Source: a virus (Duplodnaviria; Caudoviricetes). Taken from it: DNA of 64,000 nt. Position numbers and translations under genes: made by a program. The notes under the pieces are model-generated. The model made no database searches, had not been told where the DNA came from, and was given only the letters and a program-made list of their open reading frames with translations. The stretch spans positions 1,297 to 65,296 of IMG/VR virus record IMGVR_UViG_3300009709_000004; one strand, written 5' to 3'. Below, in pieces: positions 26,943 to 36,434 of this stretch (its first letter is position 1; each line of letters begins with the position of its first letter).

Positions 26943-28337
26943 ATGCAGCCAGACCTACGGGGATCGCTAGAAGAAAACGTATTAACATTGCTAGTCTGGG
27001 ACGATAGTAACGCAACAACCGTTGCGTTATCTGTTCGTCCTGATCTTTTTTCTACAAAAGCTTATCGCGAGATTGCTGCTGCCGCTACTGCTTATCTTGA
27101 TCGGTTCGGTCGCGCCCCAAAAAATCACATCGCCGATCTTCTAGAAAACACTATCCGTAAGGCGGATGGCGGCCATTTGATCTTGGATATCATATGGCAC
27201 ATGGAAAAGCTGCATCCTACATTGCACGTTGAATACGTGCTGTCCGAGCTAGAGCGCTTCGTCACGCTGCGCACCATGGCGATGGCCCTGGAAGACGCCG
27301 TGGAAGCTGTACACGCGGGCGACATCGAGAGGGCGTACGAAGCGCTTAATCAACAAATCAAGCCGGTAAACTATTCGCCAGGCATCTGGATGCACGATCC
27401 TGATGCGGTTCTAAGTTTTCTAGATCACACGGAGGAAGATCGCTTTTCTTCCGGTGTCGAAGTGCTAGATCGGCGAAATGTAGTCCCGCAGCGGAAAACC
27501 ATGACATTGCTCGTGGCGCCAACGAAGCGCGGCAAGTCTTGGTACCTGGTGAACGTCGGCAAGGCTAATATGATGATTGGCCGGAGCGTTCTGCACATCA
27601 CACTTGAAATGAGCGAGCAACAAACAGCTAAAAGATATGTTCAAGCATTATTCGGGCTAACACAGGAACATTCGGCGCGTGTTCGTATACCCATTATCAG
27701 ACGCGATAATGACAAAGATGATGGGAATTTTTTGGGCATAGATTTTGATACTATACAGACTGAGAAGCTAGACGCGGATATGAGAACTAAAATAGCCAAC
27801 AAACTTAGGGCATTAAAGAACAGAAAACCTATTCTGATAAAAGAGTTTCCAACCGGCTCGCTAACGGTGTCCCAGCTTAAAAACTATCTGGAAATGCTAA
27901 AACGTACGAGCAGTTACGTTCCCGACGTTTTGCTTGTGGATTATCCTGATCTAATGGCCATAGACTCGAAAGATCGTCGCGGCTCGCTGGGTAACACGTT
28001 CGTGCAGCTGCGGGGAATCGCTGTTGCGAATAACATGGCTTTGGTCACAGTCACACAAAGCAACCGAGATTCTGATAATGCTAACGTTGTCGGTATTAGC
28101 ATGGTGTCCGAGGATTGGAGTAAGATCGCAACCGCTGATACGGTACTTACATTCAACCGAACCGACGCAGAAGAAAAGCGCGGGCTCGCGCGTCTTTATG
28201 CAGCTGCTTTACGTGGACAACAGGGCAATTTCTTCGTTCTCATAACACAATCTTATATGACAGGTCAATTCTGCTTGGACAGTGTATATTTCGATAATGC
28301 TGTCAAGGAGGAGGCGAGCAATGCGGGCATCGATTAA
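26943..28337 (+). CDS. dnaB: DnaB-like replicative helicase
   Basis: APTKRGKS, HITLEMSE, LLVDYPDL, VTVTQSNR. Confidence 0.88.
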   Translation: MQPDLRGSLEENVLTLLVWDDSNATTVALSVRPDLFSTKAYREIAAAATAYLDRFGRAPKNHIADLLENTIRKADGGHLILDIIWHMEKLHPTLHVEYVLSELERFVTLRTMAMALEDAVEAVHAGDIERAYEALNQQIKPVNYSPGIWMHDPDAVLSFLDHTEEDRFSSGVEVLDRRNVVPQRKTMTLLVAPTKRGKSWYLVNVGKANMMIGRSVLHITLEMSEQQTAKRYVQALFGLTQEHSARVRIPIIRRDNDKDDGNFLGIDFDTIQTEKLDADMRTKIANKLRALKNRKPILIKEFPTGSLTVSQLKNYLEMLKRTSSYVPDVLLVDYPDLMAIDSKDRRGSLGNTFVQLRGIAVANNMALVTVTQSNRDSDNANVVGISMVSEDWSKIATADTVLTFNRTDAEEKRGLARLYAAALRGQQGNFFVLITQSYMTGQFCLDSVYFDNAVKEEASNAGID

Positions 28338-28752
28338 CGGCGGTCAGCCGCTACGGCGGGTTTATCGAATGCAAAACAAGCTTGGCCAAGGGCCTTTCCA
28401 TGGCAGTAGTATGTCATGGCTGGACGATCCGGAACATCTTTCCCCTTCTCAAAGCTTGGGCAGTGTTACGGATGATTTTGGGTATGGCATTCTGCTGGAG
28501 CTTTACGCGGATTTGCTAGAGCATGGCGGCTATTTTGCGTGTGGCGTCAGTGCGCTGTCCAAGATAGACCTGTGGTTTAGCGCCACCGAACAAAAGCGGC
28601 TGGCCTTGATCGGCTTTTTCGTCGCGGCATTTTCGGATGTCACGGTGCTGTACGAAAACGACAATCAGCTGGTATTCTGGCGTAAGTCTCCTTTGTCTGA
28701 CGGGTACGAGCCTATCATACAAGTGAGCGAAAGTTCCGCTATATCGGCATGA
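28321..28752 (+). CDS. Hypothetical phage protein
   Basis: VYRMQNKLGQGPF. Coupled to the downstream helicase gene. Confidence 0.55.
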   Translation: MRASINGGQPLRRVYRMQNKLGQGPFHGSSMSWLDDPEHLSPSQSLGSVTDDFGYGILLELYADLLEHGGYFACGVSALSKIDLWFSATEQKRLALIGFFVAAFSDVTVLYENDNQLVFWRKSPLSDGYEPIIQVSESSAISA

Positions 28753-30314
28753 CCATCAATCCGGAAATTATTGAGCGGTTTTTGAGGCAGCGCCCAAAGC
28801 CCGGGCCTGATACTAAAAACATGCCGATAGCTGATATTGACGCGCTAGTACGTCAGCACATCGGCACGGATATGTACTTCAAAACCGAGCCCCGGCTGTC
28901 TCAGTACGTGGGCGTAGCCTTTGCGCTCATTCAGCGCCGAGCTCTCCTGTTTCACGGGATGCGCACGGGCAAGACCAAGTTGTGCTTGGACTGGGCGGCA
29001 AATCTGCGCCGCGCTGGGCTATGGCGGGGCAAGGGGCTTGTGATGGTGCCCGCGCCGGTCTTGCTGGCCATATGGCAGACACAAGCCCATCGCCACACGG
29101 ACCTGAAGACCGCGATCGTTGGTACGAGAGAAGACCAACTTATCCAGGCGATCGAAAGCGATGCCGATCTGGTCATATCTTCCTGGACGGGGTTACAGAT
29201 GTTCTGCACTGTAACCAGAAAAAGCAAAAAAGGAGATAATAAACGGTATATTAACGTAGATATATGCCAGAAGTTTGCGCAGCATTTTACTCTATCGATT
29301 ATCGATGAAATCCATATGTTTGGTAACCCGGATGGATTACCATTTAAGATAGCTAAAGAGTTTACCCAAGCTTGCACTTTTCGGGTTGGGTGTACTGGCA
29401 CGCCATTCGGGCGCGATCCTTTTCGGATATGGGCACAGACATATTTGATTGATGAGGGTCAAACCCTCGGGCGTAACTTTCATTTTTTTAGTACGGCGTT
29501 CGGAATGGAAGAACCGATATTTTTTAGATCGCCCATTAAAAAATGGGTTTTTGATAGACGAAGATTGCCGACATTGAAAAGCAAGCTAGCCGGCATCTCC
29601 CAGTCGTACGAACGTCGGGAATTTGAGGAAGGCGTACAACGAAACGTTGTGGAACTGACTATGTCCGGGGATCAGCGCGATGCTTACTGGAAAGCGATGT
29701 CCGAGGTAATACAGTACGAAGGATCGGACATACAGATAAAATCAGCGTTCATTCGTACGCGACAGATAGCTAGCGGATTTGTCAAGTTTGCCGATACGAA
29801 TGGGCAGGAAAGAGTAATAAAGTTTGAGAACAACATAAAATTGGATTGGCTCAAAAATCTGTTAACTGAAATCGGGGATATCCAATTTATTATATTCCAC
29901 GAGTTTACCGTGACCGGCGAAATGATTTGCGATGAACTCAAAAAGATGAAGATCAAGTATGCTTGGCTGCACGGCGGCGTAGCCGGTAAGGGGGCAATCA
30001 TTGAGAAATTCCGCACGGGCGAAATCCAAGCGACTGTAGTGCAGTCTGCGGCCGGCGGGATGGGCATCGAGCTGGCGGCGGCCGACTACGTGCTGTTTTT
30101 TGAGTCGCCGTTGGACTCCACCCTCCGGAACCAAGCCGAAATGCGCGCGCTCGGCGAGGCGCGCGGCGGCCGCCCCCTAGAGATGGATGACCTCACATGT
30201 TCCACGGTGGAAAAACGTGTGCTGGAAATGATCAAAGACGGCCAGGATGTTATGACCAAGGCCATATTCGATCGCTCGCTATGGCGCGACGCCATGTCTG
30301 AGTTTGAAAAGTAA
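28749..30314 (+). CDS. SNF2-like superfamily 2 helicase
   Basis: GMRTGKT, IIDEIH, CTGTP, SAAGGMGIEL, VLFFESP, QAEMR. Confidence 0.88.
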   Translation: MTINPEIIERFLRQRPKPGPDTKNMPIADIDALVRQHIGTDMYFKTEPRLSQYVGVAFALIQRRALLFHGMRTGKTKLCLDWAANLRRAGLWRGKGLVMVPAPVLLAIWQTQAHRHTDLKTAIVGTREDQLIQAIESDADLVISSWTGLQMFCTVTRKSKKGDNKRYINVDICQKFAQHFTLSIIDEIHMFGNPDGLPFKIAKEFTQACTFRVGCTGTPFGRDPFRIWAQTYLIDEGQTLGRNFHFFSTAFGMEEPIFFRSPIKKWVFDRRRLPTLKSKLAGISQSYERREFEEGVQRNVVELTMSGDQRDAYWKAMSEVIQYEGSDIQIKSAFIRTRQIASGFVKFADTNGQERVIKFENNIKLDWLKNLLTEIGDIQFIIFHEFTVTGEMICDELKKMKIKYAWLHGGVAGKGAIIEKFRTGEIQATVVQSAAGGMGIELAAADYVLFFESPLDSTLRNQAEMRALGEARGGRPLEMDDLTCSTVEKRVLEMIKDGQDVMTKAIFDRSLWRDAMSEFEK

Positions 30315-30315
30315 C

Positions 30316-30336
30316 GGCCGGGATATCCCGGCCTTT
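30316..30336 (+). terminator. Probable terminator
   Basis: ggccgggatatcccggcc followed by ttt, directly after the helicase stop. Confidence 0.6.
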
Positions 30337-30691
30337 GTCGTGTCAGAGGGGAAATATGTAGTGACTTCTACGCCCGTTTTCTCGGGCGAGAGTTTGGACC
30401 CTCTTTTCGTGTCATGATAGTCTCTGTGATACGCATAATGCGTATCACAGTAATAGGATTTGTGTGAGTAGCGGGTTAGTTCCCATGTGGGCCGCGCGGA
30501 ACACTAATAATGGCATCCCGTAGAAAAATCCCAGCCATCGCAAGAAAGGTTAGATTTTCCGGCTATATCACTCTCCTAAATGAAAGCGGCTCAGGGTTAG
30601 TTACCGCTTCGACGTTTTATATAGCACTACGCTTTAGATATGTAAAGCGGTATGCGAAAGAAAATAGCATAATTTTTATGAGCATATTCTG

Positions 30692-30720
30692 TTGACCGAA
30701 TGCCCCGGACGTTGTATGTA
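30692..30720 (+). promoter_or_regulatory. Sigma70-type promoter
   Basis: TTGACC-N17-TATGTA. Confidence 0.55.
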
Positions 30721-30769
30721 AATGCCATCAGCAGGCGATCACGCTTTGCTGTATATGCCGGAGGGCTAT

Positions 30770-31006
30770 ATGACCGACGCGGAAAAAGACTACGAACGTC
30801 TTAATGCCATTCAGAAGATGCACCTAACGCTGCTTCAGGAGATCCGCCAGGAGCGCAACGATGATTTCGTCAGGCTGAAAAGCCTGCCCAACACCAAGTT
30901 CGCCGATTTCTACCTAGGGCGGATTTCTGGGTTGAATTTCGCGATCCGCGTCGTCGAGGGATATTGGCGCGATCCCCCCGTCAGTATGGATTCCAGCACG
31001 GATTGA
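30770..31006 (+). CDS. Hypothetical protein
   Basis: GGAGGG SD before the ATG at 30770. Confidence 0.6.
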   Translation: MTDAEKDYERLNAIQKMHLTLLQEIRQERNDDFVRLKSLPNTKFADFYLGRISGLNFAIRVVEGYWRDPPVSMDSSTD

Positions 31007-31042
31007 CATATCAACCAGCGCTGTATATATACAGCGCTGGTT
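31003..31042 (+). promoter_or_regulatory. Sigma70 promoter overlapped by a 30-bp palindromic operator
   Basis: TTGACA-N17-TATATA. Palindrome aaccagcgctgtata|tatacagcgctggtt at 31013-31042. Confidence 0.8.
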
Positions 31043-31070
31043 TTGTCATTTGCGTTTACCGGAGGGTAAC

Positions 31071-31577
31071 ATGAAGTATAAAAGGCGCGTCCCGGCCCGT
31101 GTTCTGAGAGCGATCGATCGCCTCCACAACCGTGCGTCTGTCAAGCAGGACGAAGTTGCGGCCAAAATCTGCGACGAGATACTAGACTGGGCGGTAGGCG
31201 GCATGTCGCTAAGCCACAAGCTTGACACGCCACAACAGACACATACTGACAGAGAGCGGGCGCCCATGTGGCTTCATACGCTAGATACGTACTATCAGCC
31301 GAATATCGGCCGGTACGGAAGGTACGTATTGCCAGACGGCGCCGCTCAGGTCATTCTCGCATATCAACCCCCGCGTTGTGACCCGCAAGCTACCCTAATC
31401 GTGAGATTGGCCGGCGAAACCAATTCTGAAGCGGCAGCGGCATGGGCTGAAGAATACCTCGCACGCTATCTTGAGCGAGTCGAGGTATTAGCTTGTTCAG
31501 AAAATGACCGGGACATATCTCTAGCGCTGCTTGCCCAGTCGTTTGCAAGTACACTTCCGGGAACACCTCATGATTAG
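31071..31577 (+). CDS. Hypothetical protein
   Basis: SD ggaggg. Leader tttaccggagggtaa is shared with the gene at 63922. Confidence 0.6.
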   Translation: MKYKRRVPARVLRAIDRLHNRASVKQDEVAAKICDEILDWAVGGMSLSHKLDTPQQTHTDRERAPMWLHTLDTYYQPNIGRYGRYVLPDGAAQVILAYQPPRCDPQATLIVRLAGETNSEAAAAWAEEYLARYLERVEVLACSENDRDISLALLAQSFASTLPGTPHD

Positions 31578-31791
31578 TAAGACAGAGATCAAAATGCGTC
31601 AGGCGATATCTGCTTTGGATAAAACATTTTCTGGGCGCGCCGTGGTTTTAATTGTGACATCAAAAGATGCCACAGAAAAACAAGAGGTCAATTTCGTCAC
31701 CAACGCAGATTTTACCTATATGCGCGCAGTGCTGGAATCCATGGTCGAGGATTGGTCGCTTATTCACCGTGACACTCATGGGAGACACTAG
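31570..31791 (+). CDS. Hypothetical protein
   Basis: Overlaps the upstream stop codon. Confidence 0.55.
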   Translation: MISKTEIKMRQAISALDKTFSGRAVVLIVTSKDATEKQEVNFVTNADFTYMRAVLESMVEDWSLIHRDTHGRH

Positions 31792-31793
31792 CC

Positions 31794-32060
31794 GTGGACA
31801 AGTCAGATTTTACGCTTCGCGATGTGCCGATTTCGATAATTAATCGGGCACTTGATCTGTACAATTGCCCCCGCGAGACTCGCTTGCTTTCGGCCTGGAA
31901 TGCTCTATACAAAGCTGATGTCAGCAAAGACGCGCCGGACGGCCCGTACACGCCATTTGCGCAAGCCGTGGCAGAGTATCTGTCCGAAGTTGGGCCGTGG
32001 GGCGAAGGGGGTAAATACTACGGCGAAAACGGCTATAAGATAGATTCCAGCTTGACGTAG
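31794..32060 (+). CDS. Hypothetical protein
   Basis: GGGAG SD. 88 aa. Confidence 0.5.
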   Translation: MDKSDFTLRDVPISIINRALDLYNCPRETRLLSAWNALYKADVSKDAPDGPYTPFAQAVAEYLSEVGPWGEGGKYYGENGYKIDSSLT

Positions 32061-32084
32061 CCGATCCGATTACCCAGCTGCCAT

Positions 32085-32123
32085 AGATTATCATACACCC
32101 GTTTAACGGGTGTATGATAATCT
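32085..32123. promoter_or_regulatory. 39-bp palindrome (19-bp arms) upstream of the gene at 32150
   Basis: agattatcatacacccgtt-t-aacgggtgtatgataatct; contains a -10-like TATGAT/GATAAT. Confidence 0.7.
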
Positions 32124-32149
32124 GTTACCGCGAATAGGGAATCAAGACA

Positions 32150-32443
32150 ATGGACGAAAAAATTCCTATGGAATTTTTAACTGACGAGCAAGTCGAAGAC
32201 TTTTACAAAAGCTCTATTCGTATGGCCATGGAGATCAACAATTTGATTTGTGCAGCGCGAAAAAGGAACGAGCTTTCTGAAAAAGGCAGATTCATCGTGC
32301 CCGGCTTGGCAGTGCTCTGCGCCTTCGCGATTGCCGGTGATTTCGATGATCCGGAAACGTTTGATGGAGCGCTTAATTCGATATGCGACATCCTCCGTGA
32401 CGCGGCCACACGCTCTTTTCAGGCGAAAGCCGTACATCATTAG
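32150..32443 (+). CDS. Hypothetical protein (paralog of 32502-32810)
   Basis: DFYKSS…ARK…FIVPGLAVLCAFAIA. Confidence 0.65.
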   Translation: MDEKIPMEFLTDEQVEDFYKSSIRMAMEINNLICAARKRNELSEKGRFIVPGLAVLCAFAIAGDFDDPETFDGALNSICDILRDAATRSFQAKAVHH

Positions 32444-32501
32444 GCGCGACAAGTTTTGGCGCTCATAAAACCGGTTTTAGTAAACCTTAAATACGGAGAC
32501 C

Positions 32502-32810
32502 TTGACGATGAATATCCTAAATCTCATAGGCGACATGTCAGAGGAAGAAATAATGCTAGATTTCTTCAAAAGGTCTAATAATGTGGCCGGATTAATTGAT
32601 AGTCTCTTGAACAACGCCCGTAAACAGGGTGTTGCCTTTGAACCAAAAGAATTTTTGGCGCCGGGAGCGGCCATATTCTGCGCCGTCGCTATCGCGAGCG
32701 GCAGCTCTGATAGAAAAGCTCTAGAACATAACATCACTGCGATGCAGGAGCTTATAGACTTGCAGGCGAAACACGCATTCAAAAAGCTGGAGGAAGAATA
32801 CCAACCTTGA
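32502..32810 (+). CDS. Hypothetical protein (paralog of 32150-32443)
   Basis: DFFKRS…ARK…FLAPGAAIFCAVAIA. Confidence 0.65.
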   Translation: MTMNILNLIGDMSEEEIMLDFFKRSNNVAGLIDSLLNNARKQGVAFEPKEFLAPGAAIFCAVAIASGSSDRKALEHNITAMQELIDLQAKHAFKKLEEEYQP

Positions 32811-32857
32811 TACTACTCTAGATTACTAAACGATTTTTCATAGACTTACACAGGAGG

Positions 32858-33211
32858 ATGATGATGGCTTTTCCGTGGGTTGATGGCGTTCGCTATGGCA
32901 ACGCCCCGATGAATCTGCGACTAGCGACGGCGGAAGAAATCGCAGCGGTGCCAAGCCCCCTACCGCCCGCGCCGACGTGGTGGTGCTTTGGCAATATTTT
33001 TGATCCTGTCGAAGCAGAAGCCGCAAAGCGGGCAATACAAGAGACATCCGCGCCTGTACACCTAGGCATCGCCGGCTACGGGATTAATGACCCCTCGGTT
33101 ATTGGTATGTGGTCTAAATCCGGCGCGAACGTAGATCGGTTCTTTGCCGCGTACTATCGGCATGTGCGCGCACTTAGGGCTGATGCTGTACGGACTGCCA
33201 CGTATGGGTGA
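32858..33211 (+). CDS. Hypothetical protein
   Basis: AGGAGG SD upstream. Confidence 0.6.
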   Translation: MMMAFPWVDGVRYGNAPMNLRLATAEEIAAVPSPLPPAPTWWCFGNIFDPVEAEAAKRAIQETSAPVHLGIAGYGINDPSVIGMWSKSGANVDRFFAAYYRHVRALRADAVRTATYG

Positions 33212-33446
33212 AATGGCGGACTACATGCTGAATGGCAATGATTGCGCCGGCTGCGGCATGCCGTTCATGGATGACAATGCCGCCAACATCCCGAGGTATT
33301 GCTCCCGCGAATGCGAGCCTGTCGGATATCGCACGCCGTCGCCCAAGCCAAACAAAGGCAAGCGCACGACGCCATGTCCAGGCTGCGGAAGATGGCTGGC
33401 AGGGGCATTCGCGCTCAAACAACACCGCGCCATGAAAAGACATTAA
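33204..33446 (+). CDS. Small Zn-finger protein
   Basis: CAGC…YCSREC and CPGC…H…H (C2H2-like). Confidence 0.6.
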   Translation: MGEMADYMLNGNDCAGCGMPFMDDNAANIPRYCSRECEPVGYRTPSPKPNKGKRTTPCPGCGRWLAGAFALKQHRAMKRH

Positions 33447-33449
33447 CGG

Positions 33450-34001
33450 ATGATTGCTACATCAGCGGTACATACTCACGATCCGGGCGGTAAATCAAAG
33501 CCGCATTGGCCAATCGATTCCAAAATTCGCGCCCGGTTCTCGGAATGCGGAAGGTATCGATACGAATTAGAGGAAGTGTGGACAGGCGGACATCCCCGTC
33601 TCGTGATGTGGCTCATGATGAACCCCAGCGTTGCCAGGATTGAACACGCCGACCCGACTCTGATCCGCACCGGACGATTTTCGCGGACCTGGGGGTTCGG
33701 CGGCCAGCTGATCGGCAATGTTTATGCCTATCGTGCGACCAACGGTCGCGAGCTGCTCCGTGCGGGTGATCCAGCCGGACCCGGTAATGATGCGGCGATT
33801 CTGGCGATGGCGGCGCGCGCCGAGATTGTGGTGCTAGCTTATGGCCAACTTCCGACATTTCTGCGACCGGGCGCCAGAAATGTGGTCAACATGTTACGCC
33901 GTAGTAATGCGCGGCTGACATATCTGCGTTTGTCGAAAGACGGCACACCGCAGCATCCGTTATATTTGCCAGGTAATCTCGAACCCCAAGATTTTATTTG
34001 A
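33450..34001 (+). CDS. DUF1643-family protein
   Basis: RYRYEL..VW, WLMMNPSVA, DPTL, GNVYAYRAT, VVLAYG, PQHPLY. Confidence 0.85.
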   Translation: MIATSAVHTHDPGGKSKPHWPIDSKIRARFSECGRYRYELEEVWTGGHPRLVMWLMMNPSVARIEHADPTLIRTGRFSRTWGFGGQLIGNVYAYRATNGRELLRAGDPAGPGNDAAILAMAARAEIVVLAYGQLPTFLRPGARNVVNMLRRSNARLTYLRLSKDGTPQHPLYLPGNLEPQDFI

Positions 34002-34255
34002 TTACAAACAGGTGTGCCACGTCCTGATTTGCATCAGGACGTGGCTGGCGCACCCGGAGGGGTGAAGCAGCTTTATAGCGCCTATCAGCCGCAGTGCCGT
34101 CCCCGATGGGAGCCGAGCAGTGGCCGAACGATGGTGCGGCTGATGACGACAGGCAATAGAGACGGTTAATCCCACGGGTGGGGCGGCTTCTGATGTCTGC
34201 GAGAGAATAGTGGCACATGCCAGCGTGTCTGCAAAGACCGCCCCGCGCTCAACGC

Positions 34256-34373
34256 TTCGTCAGAGACGGGCGTACAGGCCGCCGGGCTACGCCGCCGGGG
34301 TAGACGACCCGGACGCGGGGTTATCGGTCTGGGCGACGATCCTGGGCGACGATCCTGGGCGGCGGGGCGGGCA
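34256..34373. repeat. Direct-repeat copy of 37122-37226 with an internal 13-bp duplication
   Basis: ttcgtcagagacgggcgtacagg…gcggggcgggca is identical in both places apart from an extra gggcgacgatcct here. Confidence 0.95.
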
Positions 34374-35006
34374 CTGAGGTGGCTTACCGTAGCCGAGGGT
34401 CGAGCCCGCTGCCGGGCCGGAAATATGCTCCGCGCTCCGTAATGGGTGCAGGCAGTAAGCGACGCAAGGGCGGCCTTCAGCAGCGGGGCGCAGCCGCACC
34501 CTCCTCGGGGCTCGCCGTGACAGTGTGCAGGACCGGATTGCCGTCAAACGCGCCGCCGTACCCTTTAACCCCTACGGCCGGACGAACAAACCAGAACCCT
34601 GTAGTAACCCCCACGACCCCCGCACTTAGGGGCGCCGCCTGCTGCCTGCAGGACTACGATAGCGTGATTGCTCGGGTTTGTATAGGGGTCGATAGCCCGC
34701 ACGTAACACGACAGCGCGTTATGGGAAAGTTCCCCTAATGCGCTGTAAAATCGTTTGAATATGACCTTATTCGATGCCGTTGATCAAGTCATGGCACATT
34801 GTATTAGCCAAATATTTTGAGACACTAGTATCTTCTCCATAAAATCTGTGTAAGACGGTGCGATTAGTATCGCAGACAGCGTGCCCGACTGCGATACTAG
34901 AGACGTTGCGCAACTTTCGGCAGATTCTCGCGACGAAGAAATCGCCGCGAGGTGTGAACTAATCAAAATACTCAGTCTCGCTCTTTTCGGCCATATTGAG
35001 TTCCCA

Positions 35007-35177
35007 TATATCAGACAGGCATGATTACCGGTCTGATGTTTGTATAGCAAAATCCGCCCCAACCGTCAATAGCTGATCTTAGATATTTTTATATCATATG
35101 CCTAAGATCAGCTATTGACGGTTGGGGCGGATTTTGCTATACAAACATCAGACCGGTAATCATGCCTGTCTGATATA
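35007..35177. repeat. Perfect 76-bp inverted repeat with 19-nt spacer; each arm carries an outward-facing sigma70 promoter
   Basis: Arms 35007-35082 and 35102-35177. TTGACG-N17-TATACA at 35115-35143 (+) and 35069-35041 (-). Confidence 0.95.
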
Positions 35178-35229
35178 CCCTAGCGCTTGCCGGCGCTGTA
35201 TATCACATATGACTAGCACGGAGAATGAC

Positions 35230-35937
35230 ATGTCTGATTATCGAATTTTGGTTGATGGCCGCTTGACCACAATCGCCGATTTTCAATCATCGCGTAATCC
35301 ATGTGTGGAGGGGACTTTGTCCTTTCCATATGACGCTATTCCTAATCTGCCGGAGGGTTTGACGGTGTCTGGCAATCTGGAACTGGTCGGCTCAAACATT
35401 ACGAATTTACCGCGCGGCCTTCGCGTCCACGGAACGCTCAATCTGGCGCACTCAACCATCACGGAGCTACCGAGTGACTTGTTTGTCGGAGAACATTTGA
35501 TATTGTATAAAACCGGAATTGCCGAGCTACCGGAAGGTCTACACGTCGGCGGCGAAATTGGCATTCGCGGAACCAAAATAACCAAGTTTCCGCAATCAAT
35601 AATCGGCCGGCACGACGTGCCATTCGTGCCGGACATTGATCTTCAGCTTTGGAATATCCTTAATTCCGTCGGATATTTGGATATGTCGGACTGGCATAGA
35701 TGTGAAACCACGCATTGTCGCGGCGGCTGGGCTATTAAGCTGGCCGGAGAGCGCGGCGAAAAGCTTGAGCGCGAAGTCGGCTCTTTGATGGCGGCGGCTA
35801 TGATCTATCAAGCCTCCCGACCGGATCAGGGATTTCCCGATTTCTTTGCCGGCCGTCTGGACGCGCTGTCGGACATCCAGCGGGGCGCTGAAGCTCAGAG
35901 AAGCATATTGACGATTTCGGGTGATACCCCCGGTTGA
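35230..35937 (+). CDS. Leucine-rich-repeat-like protein with C-terminal 'DMSDWHRCETTHCRGGW' domain
   Basis: Four ~21-aa repeats of the form LP(E)GL.V.G.L.L….I..LP. GGAG SD before the ATG at 35230. Confidence 0.75.
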   Translation: MSDYRILVDGRLTTIADFQSSRNPCVEGTLSFPYDAIPNLPEGLTVSGNLELVGSNITNLPRGLRVHGTLNLAHSTITELPSDLFVGEHLILYKTGIAELPEGLHVGGEIGIRGTKITKFPQSIIGRHDVPFVPDIDLQLWNILNSVGYLDMSDWHRCETTHCRGGWAIKLAGERGEKLEREVGSLMAAAMIYQASRPDQGFPDFFAGRLDALSDIQRGAEAQRSILTISGDTPG

Positions 35938-35975
35938 CGCAGAACAAACAGCGCTGTATATATACAGCGCTGTTT
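35934..35975 (+). promoter_or_regulatory. Sigma70 promoter overlapped by a 30-bp palindromic operator
   Basis: TTGACG-N17-TATATA. Palindrome aaacagcgctgtata|tatacagcgctgttt at 35946-35975. Confidence 0.8.
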
Positions 35976-36010
35976 TTCAATATGCATATGCAAACTGGAG
36001 ATCTCTCATA

Positions 36011-36211
36011 ATGAAGAAAGTTGTAATCTGTTTGTCAGAAGACGAAACTGAAGCTATAATATCTGCTGCCCACATCGGAACGATAGATGACGCTATCGAT
36101 AATATCGGTTGGGATCGAAAAAAGAAGGCGGCGTATCGACGTGCGCGCCGCAAGATGTATTCTGCGCTTTGGAATTACAAACGTCTGAATGAGGAAAAAC
36201 ATGAGCAATAG
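36011..36211 (+). CDS. Hypothetical protein
   Basis: GGAG SD, directly behind the promoter. Confidence 0.6.
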   Translation: MKKVVICLSEDETEAIISAAHIGTIDDAIDNIGWDRKKKAAYRRARRKMYSALWNYKRLNEEKHEQ

Positions 36212-36434
36212 CGGTCTTAGCGAGTGGACGTCAGCCCGTATTCGGACGGAAGTGTACTGCGGAGCGAATGGTGACAAGGCAAAATATGTTTTTATCCAAA
36301 TACACCACGGGAAAGACGAATTTTCAACGCACTTGATTTGGGACGGTGACCTTTGTCCTACCGCCGAAGTTCGGGCCATTTTGAAAGCTCACGGCTATAG
36401 CGATACTCCGCCGTTCGCGAAGCTCAAACAATAA
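36201..36434 (+). CDS. Hypothetical protein
   Basis: GAGG SD. Last plus-strand gene before the convergence point. Confidence 0.55.
   Translation: MSNSGLSEWTSARIRTEVYCGANGDKAKYVFIQIHHGKDEFSTHLIWDGDLCPTAEVRAILKAHGYSDTPPFAKLKQ

Noticed and set aside
31013-31042. LexA/SOS box (CTGT…ACAG)
   Set aside because: Spacing is N6, not the N8 of the E. coli box, and it does not match the alphaproteobacterial GAAC-N7-GAAC box. Treated as a phage operator instead.
34287-34547. 86-aa ORF sharing a C-terminus with 37153-37719
   Set aside because: A by-product of the DNA duplication. No SD or coherent N-terminus.
34561-34625. G-quadruplex-like G runs on the minus strand
   Set aside because: Loops are long and irregular, and there is no supporting context.
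34784-35062. ORF with the same N-terminus as the track's 35122 ORF
   Set aside because: The shared N-terminus comes from the inverted repeat (promoter sequence). The real LRR gene starts at 35230.
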